From an uncultured virus (IMG/VR IMGVR_UViG_3300029903_000001) (Duplodnaviria > Heunggongvirae > Uroviricota > Caudoviricetes), in the IMG/VR virus record IMGVR_UViG_3300029903_000001: a DNA stretch of 64,000 nucleotides; one strand, given 5' to 3'. This document shows, one piece after another, positions 53,328 to 63,623 of the stretch (positions within the stretch are counted from its first letter, which is position 1; every line of letters begins with the position of its first letter). The position numbers were made by a program, and so were the translations under genes. The notes under the pieces are model-generated. The model was given only the letters and a program-made list of their open reading frames with translations, was not told the origin of the DNA and did not search any database.

Positions 53328-54720
53328 CCGCGAGGGCGCTACCCGCTTGCTGGTCAAGGGCGAGGAGTCGATCAAGTCGAACCCCGCCAACAGCGACCAC
53401 GCTTACCAGTTGATGAGTTCTGCGTGCTTCGCCGATCCCACCTGGGCGCACGCCTTCTACGCCAACGGCTGCAACGCCGGTGACCTGCAGCGCCCGCACG
53501 CCTCCGTCGCGCTGTTCCGCCGCGCGCTCGAATGCGACCTGGATGGCGAGGGCCGGATTCGGACGCTGACCAACCTGGCGTGGGAACTTATGAAGATCGG
53601 GGGTCACAAGGAAGCACGGGGCTATCTGGAGCGTGCTCTGTACATTGACTACAAGCGCCCGCTTCCTCATATGCACTTGTCCCTGTGCTATCAGGTTTGG
53701 GGCGACACTGAGGTTGCGGTTGGGTTTGCCAAGCGGTGCCTGGACCTGACCGACCCCAACGACGGCGTCGGCTACCCGACCGCCGAGTTCGCCTACGCCT
53801 TCGCCCTGCTGTTCGATCGGCAGTATGCCAAGGGCTTGAAGCACTTCGAGTCGCGCTTCGCCGCGCGCCTCCCGCAGTATCTTCTTTATCCGTACCCGAA
53901 GTGGAGAGGTGAAAATGGAAAAACCGTCTTCCTGGTTGCCGATCAAGGTCTCGGTGATACCCTTTCCTATGCCCGCTTTGTCGAACGTGCTGCGACACGC
54001 GCGAGATTCATCCACATGTGTGTCCAGCCCGAACTACTCCGGGTATTCCGGCACGCCTTTAGGCACATCCCCAACATTAACGTCATGCCCTCCCCGTCCA
54101 ACTTCCCAGGAGACGCTGACGCTTGGTCAACTTTTGTCAGCCTCCCTTTTGCCCTCGGACTGACCGACCGCGAGATCCGGGAGGCGGACAACATCGACAT
54201 GCCTTGCCCGCCGATGTCGACCGCTTGGAAAGTGCCTGACCGCAAGTTCCACATCGGCATCGCGTGGGCCGGGTCGCCGTTGAACGATATCGACAAGCAC
54301 CGGAATATTCCGATCCACCACTTCATGGAATTGCACCGGGTGCCGGGTGTTCAATTGTATTCGCTCCAGGTAGATGCTAGGAAGAGCGACTTGAACTTGT
54401 GGGGGTTTGCCCCGTTGATTCGGGACTTGTCGGGGTACATAAGAGATGTCGCGGATACCGCTTCTGTACTTCACGAACTTGATCTTGTTGTCACTGTCGA
54501 GTCTGCTCTTGGCCACATATGTTCGATGTGCGACAAGGAATGCTGGATCCCGTACAGCCACTTGGGCCGAGATTATCGAATCGGCGTTAACGAATCTGCC
54601 GAACGACTTTGGACCCCCAAGCACCGGATCTTCCAGCAATCCGACGACATGCGGTGGGAGCCGGTGTTCGAGCGAATTGTCGAAGCGCTGAGGGAGAAGG
54701 TTGATGCTGGCGCGGACTGA
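53320..54720 (+). CDS. TPR-repeat plus GT-B (GT9-like) glycosyltransferase
   Basis: N-terminal TPR-like helices; DQGLGD, IGIAWAG, YSLQ and DLVVTVESALGH motifs. Confidence 0.8.
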   Translation: MGDREGATRLLVKGEESIKSNPANSDHAYQLMSSACFADPTWAHAFYANGCNAGDLQRPHASVALFRRALECDLDGEGRIRTLTNLAWELMKIGGHKEARGYLERALYIDYKRPLPHMHLSLCYQVWGDTEVAVGFAKRCLDLTDPNDGVGYPTAEFAYAFALLFDRQYAKGLKHFESRFAARLPQYLLYPYPKWRGENGKTVFLVADQGLGDTLSYARFVERAATRARFIHMCVQPELLRVFRHAFRHIPNINVMPSPSNFPGDADAWSTFVSLPFALGLTDREIREADNIDMPCPPMSTAWKVPDRKFHIGIAWAGSPLNDIDKHRNIPIHHFMELHRVPGVQLYSLQVDARKSDLNLWGFAPLIRDLSGYIRDVADTASVLHELDLVVTVESALGHICSMCDKECWIPYSHLGRDYRIGVNESAERLWTPKHRIFQQSDDMRWEPVFERIVEALREKVDAGAD

Positions 54721-55246
54721 GTATGATGTGGTCAGCATCGTCAATGCTGCTCGCGCGATGATGCCGATGCGCAGGCGCGGTGCAAATGCTGAACTTTATA
54801 GCGCGCTAGTCTTGGCGATGCAGGCGAGCGAGCTTTGTCTGGCGGACATCAATCAGGATGCAGCGTTAGGTAGAGCTGTGGCTGAGTTGCCGAAAGGAGA
54901 CAAGAACCGGCAGTATGTTGAGCGGGGCAGTGATGCTTATCAGCGGGTTTGTCGGTACGTGTTTTTTGGGGAGGAACACCCGGCGAATGTTAACCGGTAC
55001 GCCATAGCGCTTCGGGAAGCAGGGAAACAGGGCGTTGTATCTTCCGATCTGTTGAGGCGGCTTCGGAGCGGAGGAGTGAACCAGTTCTATCTGAAACGGC
55101 CTTTACATAGAGATACAATATCGACGCGGTGCGTGCGGCTCGATCGTGAGATCACGCATGGAAAATCCTCTCAGGTCACGCTTACGCTGCGGCGCAAAGA
55201 TGACAACAGTTATGAAGTCCTGGAGTTTGTAGAGGGAGAAGGTTGA
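54704..55246 (+). CDS. Hypothetical protein
   Basis: ~180 aa ORF with less biased codon usage. Confidence 0.45.
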   Translation: MLARTEYDVVSIVNAARAMMPMRRRGANAELYSALVLAMQASELCLADINQDAALGRAVAELPKGDKNRQYVERGSDAYQRVCRYVFFGEEHPANVNRYAIALREAGKQGVVSSDLLRRLRSGGVNQFYLKRPLHRDTISTRCVRLDREITHGKSSQVTLTLRRKDDNSYEVLEFVEGEG

Positions 55247-55449
55247 TGCACACGGGGCCGGTTAGCGGGGAATATAAGGATGGTTGGAAGGCCACGAAGA
55301 TCGAGGCACCAGATTTTGTTTGTAGAGTTTGTAAGTCGGATGATGTTTGGTACCGCGGTTGGGAATCGTCGTGTGGAGGCTATGATGACACTGAGTACGA
55401 GTGTCGTGGGTGCAAGCGCACGTGGTGGGTGGAGAGTAGCGATTCATGA
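55246..55449 (+). CDS. Small zinc-ribbon protein
   Basis: CRVC and CRGC motifs. Confidence 0.55.
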   Translation: MHTGPVSGEYKDGWKATKIEAPDFVCRVCKSDDVWYRGWESSCGGYDDTEYECRGCKRTWWVESSDS

Positions 55450-55670
55450 GCGGTAGCTGGACCAAACCAGTTTTCTCGTCGCTGTTGTCCGGCGTCGGCT
55501 GGGACGACGAGAACCAGGAGTTGACGGTGACGTTCGCGCGGGGCGGCAAGACGGCCGCCTACAAGGGGTTCGACGAGGGCAAGGCGGTCGAACTGTCCAA
55601 CGCGGCGTCGGCCGGGTCGATGTTCCTGTCCGAGATCAAACCGTTTGCTGATAGCTGGCGTTATGTCTGA
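55446..55670 (+). CDS. KTSC-domain protein
   Basis: SS.L..VGWD....ELTVTF..G...Y......A.SAG pattern. Confidence 0.75.
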   Translation: MSGSWTKPVFSSLLSGVGWDDENQELTVTFARGGKTAAYKGFDEGKAVELSNAASAGSMFLSEIKPFADSWRYV

Positions 55671-55848
55671 TTCCGGGTACGGGGATTACAAGACGATCGA
55701 TACGGCGCCGCGCGACGGTAGAATTATTGTCGCGCTGACGGACATTCCTGGTACATGGGGCCTGTGTCGGTGTGTCTGGAAAGACGGCGAGTGGCGCGAG
55801 ATCACGCACAAGACAATCATGCACCCGACGCATTGGAAACCGCAGTGA
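55663..55848 (+). CDS. DUF551-like small protein
   Basis: IDTAPRDG and PTHW motifs. Confidence 0.6.
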   Translation: MSDSGYGDYKTIDTAPRDGRIIVALTDIPGTWGLCRCVWKDGEWREITHKTIMHPTHWKPQ

Positions 55849-56111
55849 CCGATGAGCTTCCCGTCGAAGAGTTTGAAAAGCGCGCTCGCCTGTTCGAGAG
55901 CATGGCCGCCCAGATCCGTCTGAACAAGGACGCCAAGTTCGGTGGCGCCCTGCTGGCGATCCCGCCCGGCGATGACGGCGAGCCGTTCTCTTTCATTGCT
56001 TTCAACCAGGATGAGGTCGCTATTTTCTGGGGCATCGTTCAGACGCTCAGTGAGATGGCGCATGCGGTGATGGAGCAGGCGAGCCGGGGGCGGGGGTTCG
56101 GTCGTCGTTAG
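55845..56111 (+). CDS. Hypothetical protein
   Basis: GTG start coupled to previous stop. Confidence 0.5.
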   Translation: MTDELPVEEFEKRARLFESMAAQIRLNKDAKFGGALLAIPPGDDGEPFSFIAFNQDEVAIFWGIVQTLSEMAHAVMEQASRGRGFGRR

Positions 56112-56317
56112 CGCAGCTGCATGTGCCCGAGTTCGTGCAGTAGCGGGATAATGGCGTAGAACAGCACGATCGCGCCGATCAGGATGACGAACAGGACGTT
56201 GATGATCGAGGCGAACGGCTCGGCGATCGGCATCAGGGGCGACAGCTTCAGCCAGACCCAGTAGGCGAAGCCGCAGATCAGCATGATGATAATGATCTGG
56301 ATGATCAGGTCGGGCAT
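56108..56317 (-). CDS. Small two-helix membrane protein on the opposite strand
   Basis: Very hydrophobic 69 aa; GGAGG RBS. Confidence 0.65.
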   Translation of the reverse strand: MPDLIIQIIIIMLICGFAYWVWLKLSPLMPIAEPFASIINVLFVILIGAIVLFYAIIPLLHELGHMQLR

Positions 56318-56390
56318 GGGAGACCTCCGGGGGCTGGACCTCTAACGGGGCGGGGTCTATAAGGTTCCGGTACCCCGGGAGGCCCACTTT

Positions 56391-56918
56391 GTGAGCGTAA
56401 GCGACCAGCTCCACGCCCACGGCGTGTTCACAGCCACTTGCTATGACAAGGACGGCAACGTCAAGTGGGAGGACACGTTTGACAACGTGGTCACCACCGT
56501 CGGCAAGAACCTCGCTTTCAACACCTTTCTGAACGGTTCGGCCTACACCGTCACCGGCCCCTATATGGGCCTGATTTCAAACACTTCGTTCACCGCGGTC
56601 TCCGCCGCCGACACCATGACCAGTCACTCGGGCTGGCTGGAAGCGGGCAACGCCAACGCCCCGACGTATTCCGGCACCCGGGACACTTGCGTTTGGGCCG
56701 CGGCGTCCGGTGGCGCCATCGCCCTGTCAGCGTCCCTGACCTTTACTTTTACCGGTGCTGGCACCGTCACCGGCGCCTTCATCACCTATGGCTCCGGCGC
56801 GGTCAGCACCATCGACAACACCGGCGGCACGCTGTGGTCGGCCGGGCAGTTTACCGGCGGCAACAAGACGGTGGCGTCCACCGACCAGGTGGTTGTAAGC
56901 TACACCGTGAGCATGTGA
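56391..56918 (+). CDS. Virion accessory / fibre-associated structural protein
   Basis: 'KWEDTFDNVVTTVGKN' motif; Thr/Gly/Ser-rich; GGGAGG RBS. Confidence 0.65.
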   Translation: MSVSDQLHAHGVFTATCYDKDGNVKWEDTFDNVVTTVGKNLAFNTFLNGSAYTVTGPYMGLISNTSFTAVSAADTMTSHSGWLEAGNANAPTYSGTRDTCVWAAASGGAIALSASLTFTFTGAGTVTGAFITYGSGAVSTIDNTGGTLWSAGQFTGGNKTVASTDQVVVSYTVSM

Positions 56919-57250
56919 TGAAGAAACAGTCCGGTTACCTAATGGTCGATCACCGCGCCTCTCCGGGGTTGCCGGAAGATGTGGCGCGTCTCGCCGGGTA
57001 CGATCCGGTGCTTTGCCGGGAGGGTAAGGTCTACGAGGCTGACACTATGACGTGCGCGCACTGCCGCGGCACTGTGGTTCTGAATATATTTCGTACTCGA
57101 GAGCGACATTCTTGCCGTAAGTGCGAAGACCGGTACATTTGCGATGCTTGCGCGTTCAAGGCGTCGCTGCCGGACTACGTGCACGCGCCTTTCCAGAAAA
57201 TTGTGGACGAACTGAAGATGGGTACTCCTGCCCACTTGCTGCTGCCTTAG
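56918..57250 (+). CDS. Zinc-finger protein
   Basis: CAHC, CRKC and CDAC motifs. Confidence 0.6.
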   Translation: MKKQSGYLMVDHRASPGLPEDVARLAGYDPVLCREGKVYEADTMTCAHCRGTVVLNIFRTRERHSCRKCEDRYICDACAFKASLPDYVHAPFQKIVDELKMGTPAHLLLP

Positions 57251-57262
57251 TGAGGATGGACG

Positions 57263-57781
57263 ATGTCCAAGAGGATTTTTTCGGTTTCGACGTGGGCGCC
57301 CGCGGGACAGGCTGACGGCGTTTTGACGGGGTCGTTTCAGGCGATCAAGCCAGGGTCGTCGACCGATATCTTGAAGATCGGCAAGATTTTGTGCATGGGC
57401 CAAGCGGCGGCTTCGGCGATCAACGCAATGGTCCTGGCGAGGTCTTCAACATTGGCGATTACGCCGACCGCTCTGGCGACGCCGAATTCGGATGGACCGG
57501 CCAACATCGCAGCGACTGCCGTGTCGACCGCCCCGGTGTCGTTTGTCGCCGCAGCCACAGCCCCAAACCGCTCCCCGGCGGTCACGATCGCGCGGCTGAA
57601 CCTGACGTTCAACGCTTTCGGCGGGATTATCCAATGGCAGACTAACCCTGGTTCGGAAGAAGAGTGGGTGGCTGTCGGCAACGCTACGACGTCGAACTCC
57701 GAGACGGTGCTGTCGAATTCCGCTGCGGGCGCTGCTACAGGCACTACGATGGGTAGCGATATTTTTTACGAAGTCCTGTGA
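57263..57781 (+). CDS. Probable structural protein
   Basis: 172 aa Ala/Thr/Ser-rich; GAGGA RBS. Confidence 0.55.
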   Translation: MSKRIFSVSTWAPAGQADGVLTGSFQAIKPGSSTDILKIGKILCMGQAAASAINAMVLARSSTLAITPTALATPNSDGPANIAATAVSTAPVSFVAAATAPNRSPAVTIARLNLTFNAFGGIIQWQTNPGSEEEWVAVGNATTSNSETVLSNSAAGAATGTTMGSDIFYEVL

Positions 57782-57812
57782 TCTGATCTGGTAGCCTCCG
57801 TTAGAGGTTAGC

Positions 57813-59249
57813 ATGCCTCTCAACGAGACCGGCCAAAGAAGCCAGACTTTAGGTGCTCCTCGCAGGTACGCCGGGGGAGTGCAACGGTCTCCGTTTAACC
57901 TTGCGCTGATTGCTAACCTTGGGCCGTTCAGTCAGCCGATGTACCCGCCCCCGCGGCGGCCGGTTTCGACTCCGGTTCAGATCCTCCCGCTTAATTTAGC
58001 GTTATACGCTGCACCGTTCACCCCTTTGCAGTGGAGTGGGCCGCAGCGCTTTGGTCCGCTTGCGTCCGACCAGAACAATCTCCCCAACATCACGCTCCCG
58101 AATTCGGGGATCAGCACGCCGTTTGCGCCGATCGACATGTCGGCTTCGAGGTTCCAGCGTTCGGCTAGTGTGGCAGCTTATCCCAACCTGGCGGTTTCGT
58201 TTGGCGTCGCTCCTGTTCCCGTCCTGCCGATCGACATGTCGACTTCGAGGTTTCAGCGGGTGGCGGCTGCGCCAGTGTTTCCCAATATTGCGCTTCAGCC
58301 GGCGGCTTCTGTGCCGTTCACGCCTTTGCAATGGGGTGGACCTTGGCGTGTTGTGCTGCTCACGTCTGACCAGAACAACCTGCCTAATATTACGTTGCCG
58401 AATTCGGGGATCAGCACGCCGTTCGCGCAGCTGGTGTGGCCGCCGGCGTTTCAGCGTCGAGGGTTCGCAGTTTTCACTCCTCTCCCGCGGACGCGGGCGC
58501 TTTTCAGCGCGAGCGTTTCCGAAGTTGCTAGTGCAGCGGACACTGTCAATTCGAGCGCCGTGTTCGTGTCGGCGATCACCGAGGTCGCCAGCGCGGCGGA
58601 CACGACTACCGCCAAGGCGATCTTCAAGCCCTCGATCGCCGAAGCCGCCAGCGCGCTCGACGCCGTCAGCACCCGGGCGGTCTTCAAGCCGTCCCTTAGC
58701 GAGGCTGCCAATGCGCTCGATGCCGTCAGCACCCGTGCGGTCTTCAAGTCGGCGCTCGCCGAAGCCGCCAGCGCGTCCGACTCGGTCAGTGCGCTCAAGC
58801 AGCTTATGGCCAGTCTTTCCGACGCCATGTCGGCGCTGGACGTGTGGGGCGGCACCCAGCAGGCGACCTGGCAGCGCACTTCGCAGTTTGTTGCGCTCGA
58901 CACCGCTTACGGCTCCTCGGCGATCGATCGCATCACCCAGGTCATCCTGCCGGTCGAGATCGACCGCAACCAGCCGGTTTCCTTTTTCATCTCAGTGGGG
59001 TATCAGATAGTTCCGGGCCAGGCCTTCACGGCGGTCATGACCCGCCCCGATGGGACCAGTTTCAGTGTCAGCTCGCTTCGCGTCCAGCCGCAGTTTTCCG
59101 ACGTCCCCACGGCGATTGGGCGTTTTCTTGGCGGCACTTACGTGTTCTGTTTCCTCAATGCGGGCGCGCTCAACCAAAGCGGTCAGTGGTCCGTCAACGT
59201 CGTCAGCGGCACCAATGTGTCGGCGCCGGCCTACTTCACGGTGGCTTAA
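57813..59249 (+). CDS. Repeat-rich probable structural protein
   Basis: Pro-rich duplicated modules, ~20-aa 'EAASALD' repeats, C-terminal beta domain. Confidence 0.55.
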   Translation: MPLNETGQRSQTLGAPRRYAGGVQRSPFNLALIANLGPFSQPMYPPPRRPVSTPVQILPLNLALYAAPFTPLQWSGPQRFGPLASDQNNLPNITLPNSGISTPFAPIDMSASRFQRSASVAAYPNLAVSFGVAPVPVLPIDMSTSRFQRVAAAPVFPNIALQPAASVPFTPLQWGGPWRVVLLTSDQNNLPNITLPNSGISTPFAQLVWPPAFQRRGFAVFTPLPRTRALFSASVSEVASAADTVNSSAVFVSAITEVASAADTTTAKAIFKPSIAEAASALDAVSTRAVFKPSLSEAANALDAVSTRAVFKSALAEAASASDSVSALKQLMASLSDAMSALDVWGGTQQATWQRTSQFVALDTAYGSSAIDRITQVILPVEIDRNQPVSFFISVGYQIVPGQAFTAVMTRPDGTSFSVSSLRVQPQFSDVPTAIGRFLGGTYVFCFLNAGALNQSGQWSVNVVSGTNVSAPAYFTVA

Positions 59250-59252
59250 AGG

Positions 59253-59435
59253 ATGAATGCAGTGAAAACGTATTGGGTGTTGTTTGGGATATACGCTGTC
59301 GGTTTTGCGTTTTTCTTTACGGCGGAGTTGTTGGTAGGTCCCGTTACACCGGCGCTTGCGTTGGTTCGCGGTGTCGTATGGCCGGTATACTGGGCGACGG
59401 GTTGGCCGTATGGTACGCGTGCAAGAATGGATTGA
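59253..59435 (+). CDS. Small membrane protein
   Basis: 60 aa, hydrophobic. Confidence 0.45.
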   Translation: MNAVKTYWVLFGIYAVGFAFFFTAELLVGPVTPALALVRGVVWPVYWATGWPYGTRARMD

Positions 59436-61358
59436 GTGGTGGCAGGCTGGTCTCACCAAAAGCGGGTCGCGTTCGAGCAGGCGTTTTATGCTTTTCTTTC
59501 GCAGTGCCGTATAAATTCGAAGGATGACTCGTTCATCTCGCTGGGGGAGAACATTTACTATGGCCAGCGGCTGTTCATCACCGCCATCATGGACGGGTTG
59601 GAGCGAGACATCCATGACTTCTACTGCCTGAAGTCCCGCCAGCTTGGCATCACCACCATTTGCCGTGCGTTGTCGACGTTTTACCTCGGTGTGCACCGCG
59701 GCCTGTCCGGTGCGTTGGTGTTCGATTCCAGCGAGAACATGAACTTGGCGCGGGCCGAACTCACCACCATGATTGCCGATCTGCCGGAGTCGCTGAAGTT
59801 TCCGGCAGTGAAGAAGGGCGGGGACAACCGCTACGGCTTGACCCTCGTCAATAACTCCAAGATTTTGTTCAAATCGGCAGGCGTCAAGAAGACCAAGACG
59901 TCGGGCACTCTAGGCCGGTCGGCCGGTTTGTCGATGACGCATATGAGCGAGCTTTGCTCTTACGACAACAAGGAAGGCTTGGTGTCGTTTCGGCGTTCGC
60001 TGTCGCAGTTCAATCCTGACCGGCTTTACATTTACGAGTCCACGGCGCGCGGACCGAATCAATGGAAGGACATGTGGGATATTGCCCGGTCCGACACGGA
60101 TCACTGCGTGTGTGTTTTTATTGGCTGGTGGGCGCACGATAAGCAGCGGATCGAGCGAACAGACGAAAAGGATTGGCCGCTTTACGGCGTGCAGCCGCCG
60201 ACCAAGGAAGAGCAGTCCAAGATTGATGCCGTCAAGGAGCAGTACGGGTACGATATAACGCAGGAGCAGCTGGCGTGGTATCGCAAGCTGGTAGATCCGG
60301 CTGCGCGCGTAGAGGGCGATGTCGATGCGGGGTTCGAAGGTGACTCTCTGCAAAAGCAGGAAGACCCGTGGACTGAAGACGAAGCTTTCCAGCAGACCGG
60401 GAGCACGTTCTTTTCCGGGCAGTCTCTGAAGGATCAGACCGACAAGTACGTGCAGCGGAAGTACACGCCTTACATGTTTTTGGGTGGGCGCGAGTTCTCG
60501 GACATGAAGGTGTATAAGGCCGAGACGACCCGCAACATCGAGCTGAAGGTGTGGGATGTTCCGGTTGCAGAAGCGGTTTACGTGTTCGGCATTGACCCGG
60601 CGTTCGGTGAGAACGAGCACAACGACCGGTCGGCGATCCAGGTATTTCGGTGTTTTGCTGATGGCATCGACCAGGTCGCCGAGTACGCTTATGCGATGAC
60701 TTCGACAAAGCATTTCGCGCACGTCGTAGCTGGCATCATGGCGTGGTACGGCAATGAGCCACTGACTGAAATATATTACATTTTGGAGGTTAACGGCCCG
60801 GGCGGCGCGGTGCTTCAGGAGCTGAAGTCACTGAAGTTTCAGATCGAAAACGGCTATGCTCCGATGGAGGAGCAGGGGATCAAAAACATATTTCGCAATG
60901 TCAAGCAGTTCATGTACTCTCGCCCCGATTCGCTGACGGGTGGGTCGTCGGCATGGCACTGGAAGACCTCTCCGAACAACAAAGAGGCGATCATGGAGGA
61001 GCTGCGGGGCTTCGTTACCAACGGGCAGCTTCGTCTCCGGTCGCATGATTTGATAGAGGAGATGAAGAACGTCACGCGAGACGGCGCGTCGATCGCGGGT
61101 GAGGGCAGCCAGAAGGACGATCGTGTGGTGGCGGCTGCGCTGGCGGCGCACTACTGGGATTCCAAGATCCGCCGGAACCTGATCGTCCAGAAGCGGACGC
61201 GGGACGCCGAGGCGGCCAAGAAGCTGAAGTCTATCGTTGACCAGACCGCCCTGTTTCATGCAAACATGCTCAGTAGCTTCATGGGCCAGAAGGCCAAGGG
61301 GCGGCTGGACCAGCAGCGGCTGGCGGCCAAGCAGGCGTGGCGGTACGGACGGAGATGA
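59436..61358 (+). CDS. terL: Terminase large subunit
   Basis: LKSRQLGITT (Walker A), ESTARG, GIDPA and DDRV nuclease motifs. Confidence 0.9.
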   Translation: MVAGWSHQKRVAFEQAFYAFLSQCRINSKDDSFISLGENIYYGQRLFITAIMDGLERDIHDFYCLKSRQLGITTICRALSTFYLGVHRGLSGALVFDSSENMNLARAELTTMIADLPESLKFPAVKKGGDNRYGLTLVNNSKILFKSAGVKKTKTSGTLGRSAGLSMTHMSELCSYDNKEGLVSFRRSLSQFNPDRLYIYESTARGPNQWKDMWDIARSDTDHCVCVFIGWWAHDKQRIERTDEKDWPLYGVQPPTKEEQSKIDAVKEQYGYDITQEQLAWYRKLVDPAARVEGDVDAGFEGDSLQKQEDPWTEDEAFQQTGSTFFSGQSLKDQTDKYVQRKYTPYMFLGGREFSDMKVYKAETTRNIELKVWDVPVAEAVYVFGIDPAFGENEHNDRSAIQVFRCFADGIDQVAEYAYAMTSTKHFAHVVAGIMAWYGNEPLTEIYYILEVNGPGGAVLQELKSLKFQIENGYAPMEEQGIKNIFRNVKQFMYSRPDSLTGGSSAWHWKTSPNNKEAIMEELRGFVTNGQLRLRSHDLIEEMKNVTRDGASIAGEGSQKDDRVVAAALAAHYWDSKIRRNLIVQKRTRDAEAAKKLKSIVDQTALFHANMLSSFMGQKAKGRLDQQRLAAKQAWRYGRR

Positions 61359-61359
61359 C

Positions 61360-61905
61360 ATGGCAGTGATCCTGAAGTGCCCGGCGTGCTTCGAGAAGTT
61401 CAAGTACGATATCACCGAGGGTTGGCCCGACCTTTGCCCGGTCTGCAAGACCGACATCAATAACCGCCGGCGGGACGATGAGATTTGCGTGCCGGCCTTC
61501 CTGAGCCAGAAATCCAAGAACAACGACAAGGTCGCCCGCGACATCATGGACGGCTCGGTGCAGCGCGCTGAGATGGCAGCCGCGATGGCCGGTACGTCGG
61601 TCGACGAGATGGCCAGCCTGAAGATCACCAACCTCAGCGACCGCAGGGACGCCGAGGTTGCCGCCATGCCCGTTGTGAACGACGTGACCCGGCACATGGA
61701 CTCGATGCAGCGCGCGGGGATGCCGGTCGGGTTCGGCACCGGCCCAACCGAGGCGATGCAGAGCGCGGCCATGGCGCATACGGGGGACGCTCCCTATGCG
61801 GGTCTGCGCGAGCGCAATCGCCTGCAGCGTCTGATGCCGCCGATCGCGCAGGCACCGTTGCCGCAGCAGATCGTCAATAACCCGAATTACAGGTCGCCGG
61901 TATGA
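61360..61905 (+). CDS. Hypothetical protein with N-terminal zinc ribbon
   Basis: CPAC and CPVC motifs; GGAG RBS; lies between terL and portal. Confidence 0.6.
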   Translation: MAVILKCPACFEKFKYDITEGWPDLCPVCKTDINNRRRDDEICVPAFLSQKSKNNDKVARDIMDGSVQRAEMAAAMAGTSVDEMASLKITNLSDRRDAEVAAMPVVNDVTRHMDSMQRAGMPVGFGTGPTEAMQSAAMAHTGDAPYAGLRERNRLQRLMPPIAQAPLPQQIVNNPNYRSPV

Positions 61906-63623
61906 TCCCGATCCCGACGGGCGAGAAGGACCTGGTCCCTTTTGCCAACGAACTGATCGAGACCTGTCGGGTCACCCAGAGCGTGCGCGCGGCCTACTAC
62001 CGCATTTTGAACCAGGTCGCCGAGACCGGCACAGTGACCGGGCAGAAGGCGCTCATCAACACGATGAACTACCACCTGGAGCGCACCGCGGCGCACCTGT
62101 TCTCGCCGACCGATTTGAAATTCGCCTGTGATTTCGACAATGCCTACAAGGCGGACGACATCAAGCGCGGCGAAGTGTTCGCCAAGCACCTGACCCGGCA
62201 GTGGGAGTTGAGTTCGACCGACATCCTGTTCGGGCAGGCGGTGTTCGAGTCGCTGAAATACGGGCTCGCGTTGTTCAAACAGTGGCCGCGCAACGAGGGC
62301 ACCGAGGAGAAGCCCCGGATCGTTTACGAGAAGAAGGTGGTGATGCCGTGGAACGTCGGTTTCTACAAGGAAAGCGAGACCGACATCGACAAGCAGGAGG
62401 TCATCTGCGAGACCTCGCAGCTTACCGGGCCCGAGGTGTGGTCGCGGATTTGGCGTTTCCCCGACGCCAAGAAGCTGCACGAGAAGATCATGACGCACTC
62501 GAAGAAAAATCAGGGCGGTTCGGGCCCGGATAGCTTCTTCCACAACGTGCTGTCGACGTCTCAGTTGCAAACCGGTGTCCAGTCATCGACGCGCCCGCTG
62601 CCGGGGGGCGTCGTGCAGATCGGCAACGACCCGAACTACCCGATGATGGGGCCGACTGACGGTGCGCCGACCGTGGAATTCCATGAACTGTGGATCAAGG
62701 GCGAGGAAGACTACGCGACGGTTCAGATCGTCAACCCGGATATCCTGGTGACGCGCTTCAAGACGTCCAACCTCATGGGAATCGAGCGGGTGCAGCCGTA
62801 TCGGATCATCCAGCCGAACCCGATGACCGGCTACATCTGGGGACGGAGCGAGCTGATCGACCTGATCGAGCCGCAGTCGTTCCTGGCGCAGCTTTGCGAC
62901 GACATGAAGCGGCTGATCGGGCTCCAGATCGACAAGATCATCGCTTTCAAGGGCGACAACACGATCACTGATGAGTCCTACGCGCAGTTCCGGCAGAATG
63001 GTTACCTAAACATGGGCGTCGGCGGTGGTGCCGATGACCTGACGCCCAAATTCCCGTCCGAGCTGCTTCCGATCATCAAATGGCTGATCGAGCAGGTCAA
63101 TACGTTGGGCTCGTTCCCCGAGATCATGCAGGGCAAGGGCGAGTCGGGCGTGCGCGCCGGCGCCCATGCCGAGACGCTGATGAAAACGGCGTCGCCGACG
63201 CTGCGCGACCGCGCGCTGCTGACCGAGCGCCAGTGCGCGGTGTGCGCGGACCTGACCGCGACGATGATGGAGGCCAAGGAGGACCGGAAATATTGGGTTG
63301 ACCCGGAGAAAATGGACGACAACTTCATGATCACGGATCTTCCGGAGGATTGGCGCATCACGGTGGACAGTCACCGGTCGTCGCCGATCTTCGTGGATGA
63401 CGCGCAGCAGCTGATCTTCGCTCTGGCCAAGATGAGCGTTGTCGATGGTCTGTACCTGATCGACAACACGTCGATCCCCGACAAGGAAGCTGCCAAGGCG
63501 GCGTTCATCGAGCACAAGAAGTCCGGACAGGCGATGCAGGAGAAGCTGTTCGAGCAGCTATCGCCCGAAGGCAAGGACAAGACCATCGAGAAGATGCTGG
63601 GCGGTCACCAGCAGCACCATTAG
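61902..63623 (+). CDS. Portal protein
   Basis: 573 aa after terminase; 'YIWGRSEL' and 'MQGKGESGVRAG' portal-like segments. Confidence 0.75.
   Translation: MIPIPTGEKDLVPFANELIETCRVTQSVRAAYYRILNQVAETGTVTGQKALINTMNYHLERTAAHLFSPTDLKFACDFDNAYKADDIKRGEVFAKHLTRQWELSSTDILFGQAVFESLKYGLALFKQWPRNEGTEEKPRIVYEKKVVMPWNVGFYKESETDIDKQEVICETSQLTGPEVWSRIWRFPDAKKLHEKIMTHSKKNQGGSGPDSFFHNVLSTSQLQTGVQSSTRPLPGGVVQIGNDPNYPMMGPTDGAPTVEFHELWIKGEEDYATVQIVNPDILVTRFKTSNLMGIERVQPYRIIQPNPMTGYIWGRSELIDLIEPQSFLAQLCDDMKRLIGLQIDKIIAFKGDNTITDESYAQFRQNGYLNMGVGGGADDLTPKFPSELLPIIKWLIEQVNTLGSFPEIMQGKGESGVRAGAHAETLMKTASPTLRDRALLTERQCAVCADLTATMMEAKEDRKYWVDPEKMDDNFMITDLPEDWRITVDSHRSSPIFVDDAQQLIFALAKMSVVDGLYLIDNTSIPDKEAAKAAFIEHKKSGQAMQEKLFEQLSPEGKDKTIEKMLGGHQQHH

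Noticed and set aside
57813..59249. Internal near-identical repeats as a diversity-generating retroelement TR/VR pair
   Set aside because: No reverse transcriptase in the window, and the differences are mostly synonymous rather than adenine-specific
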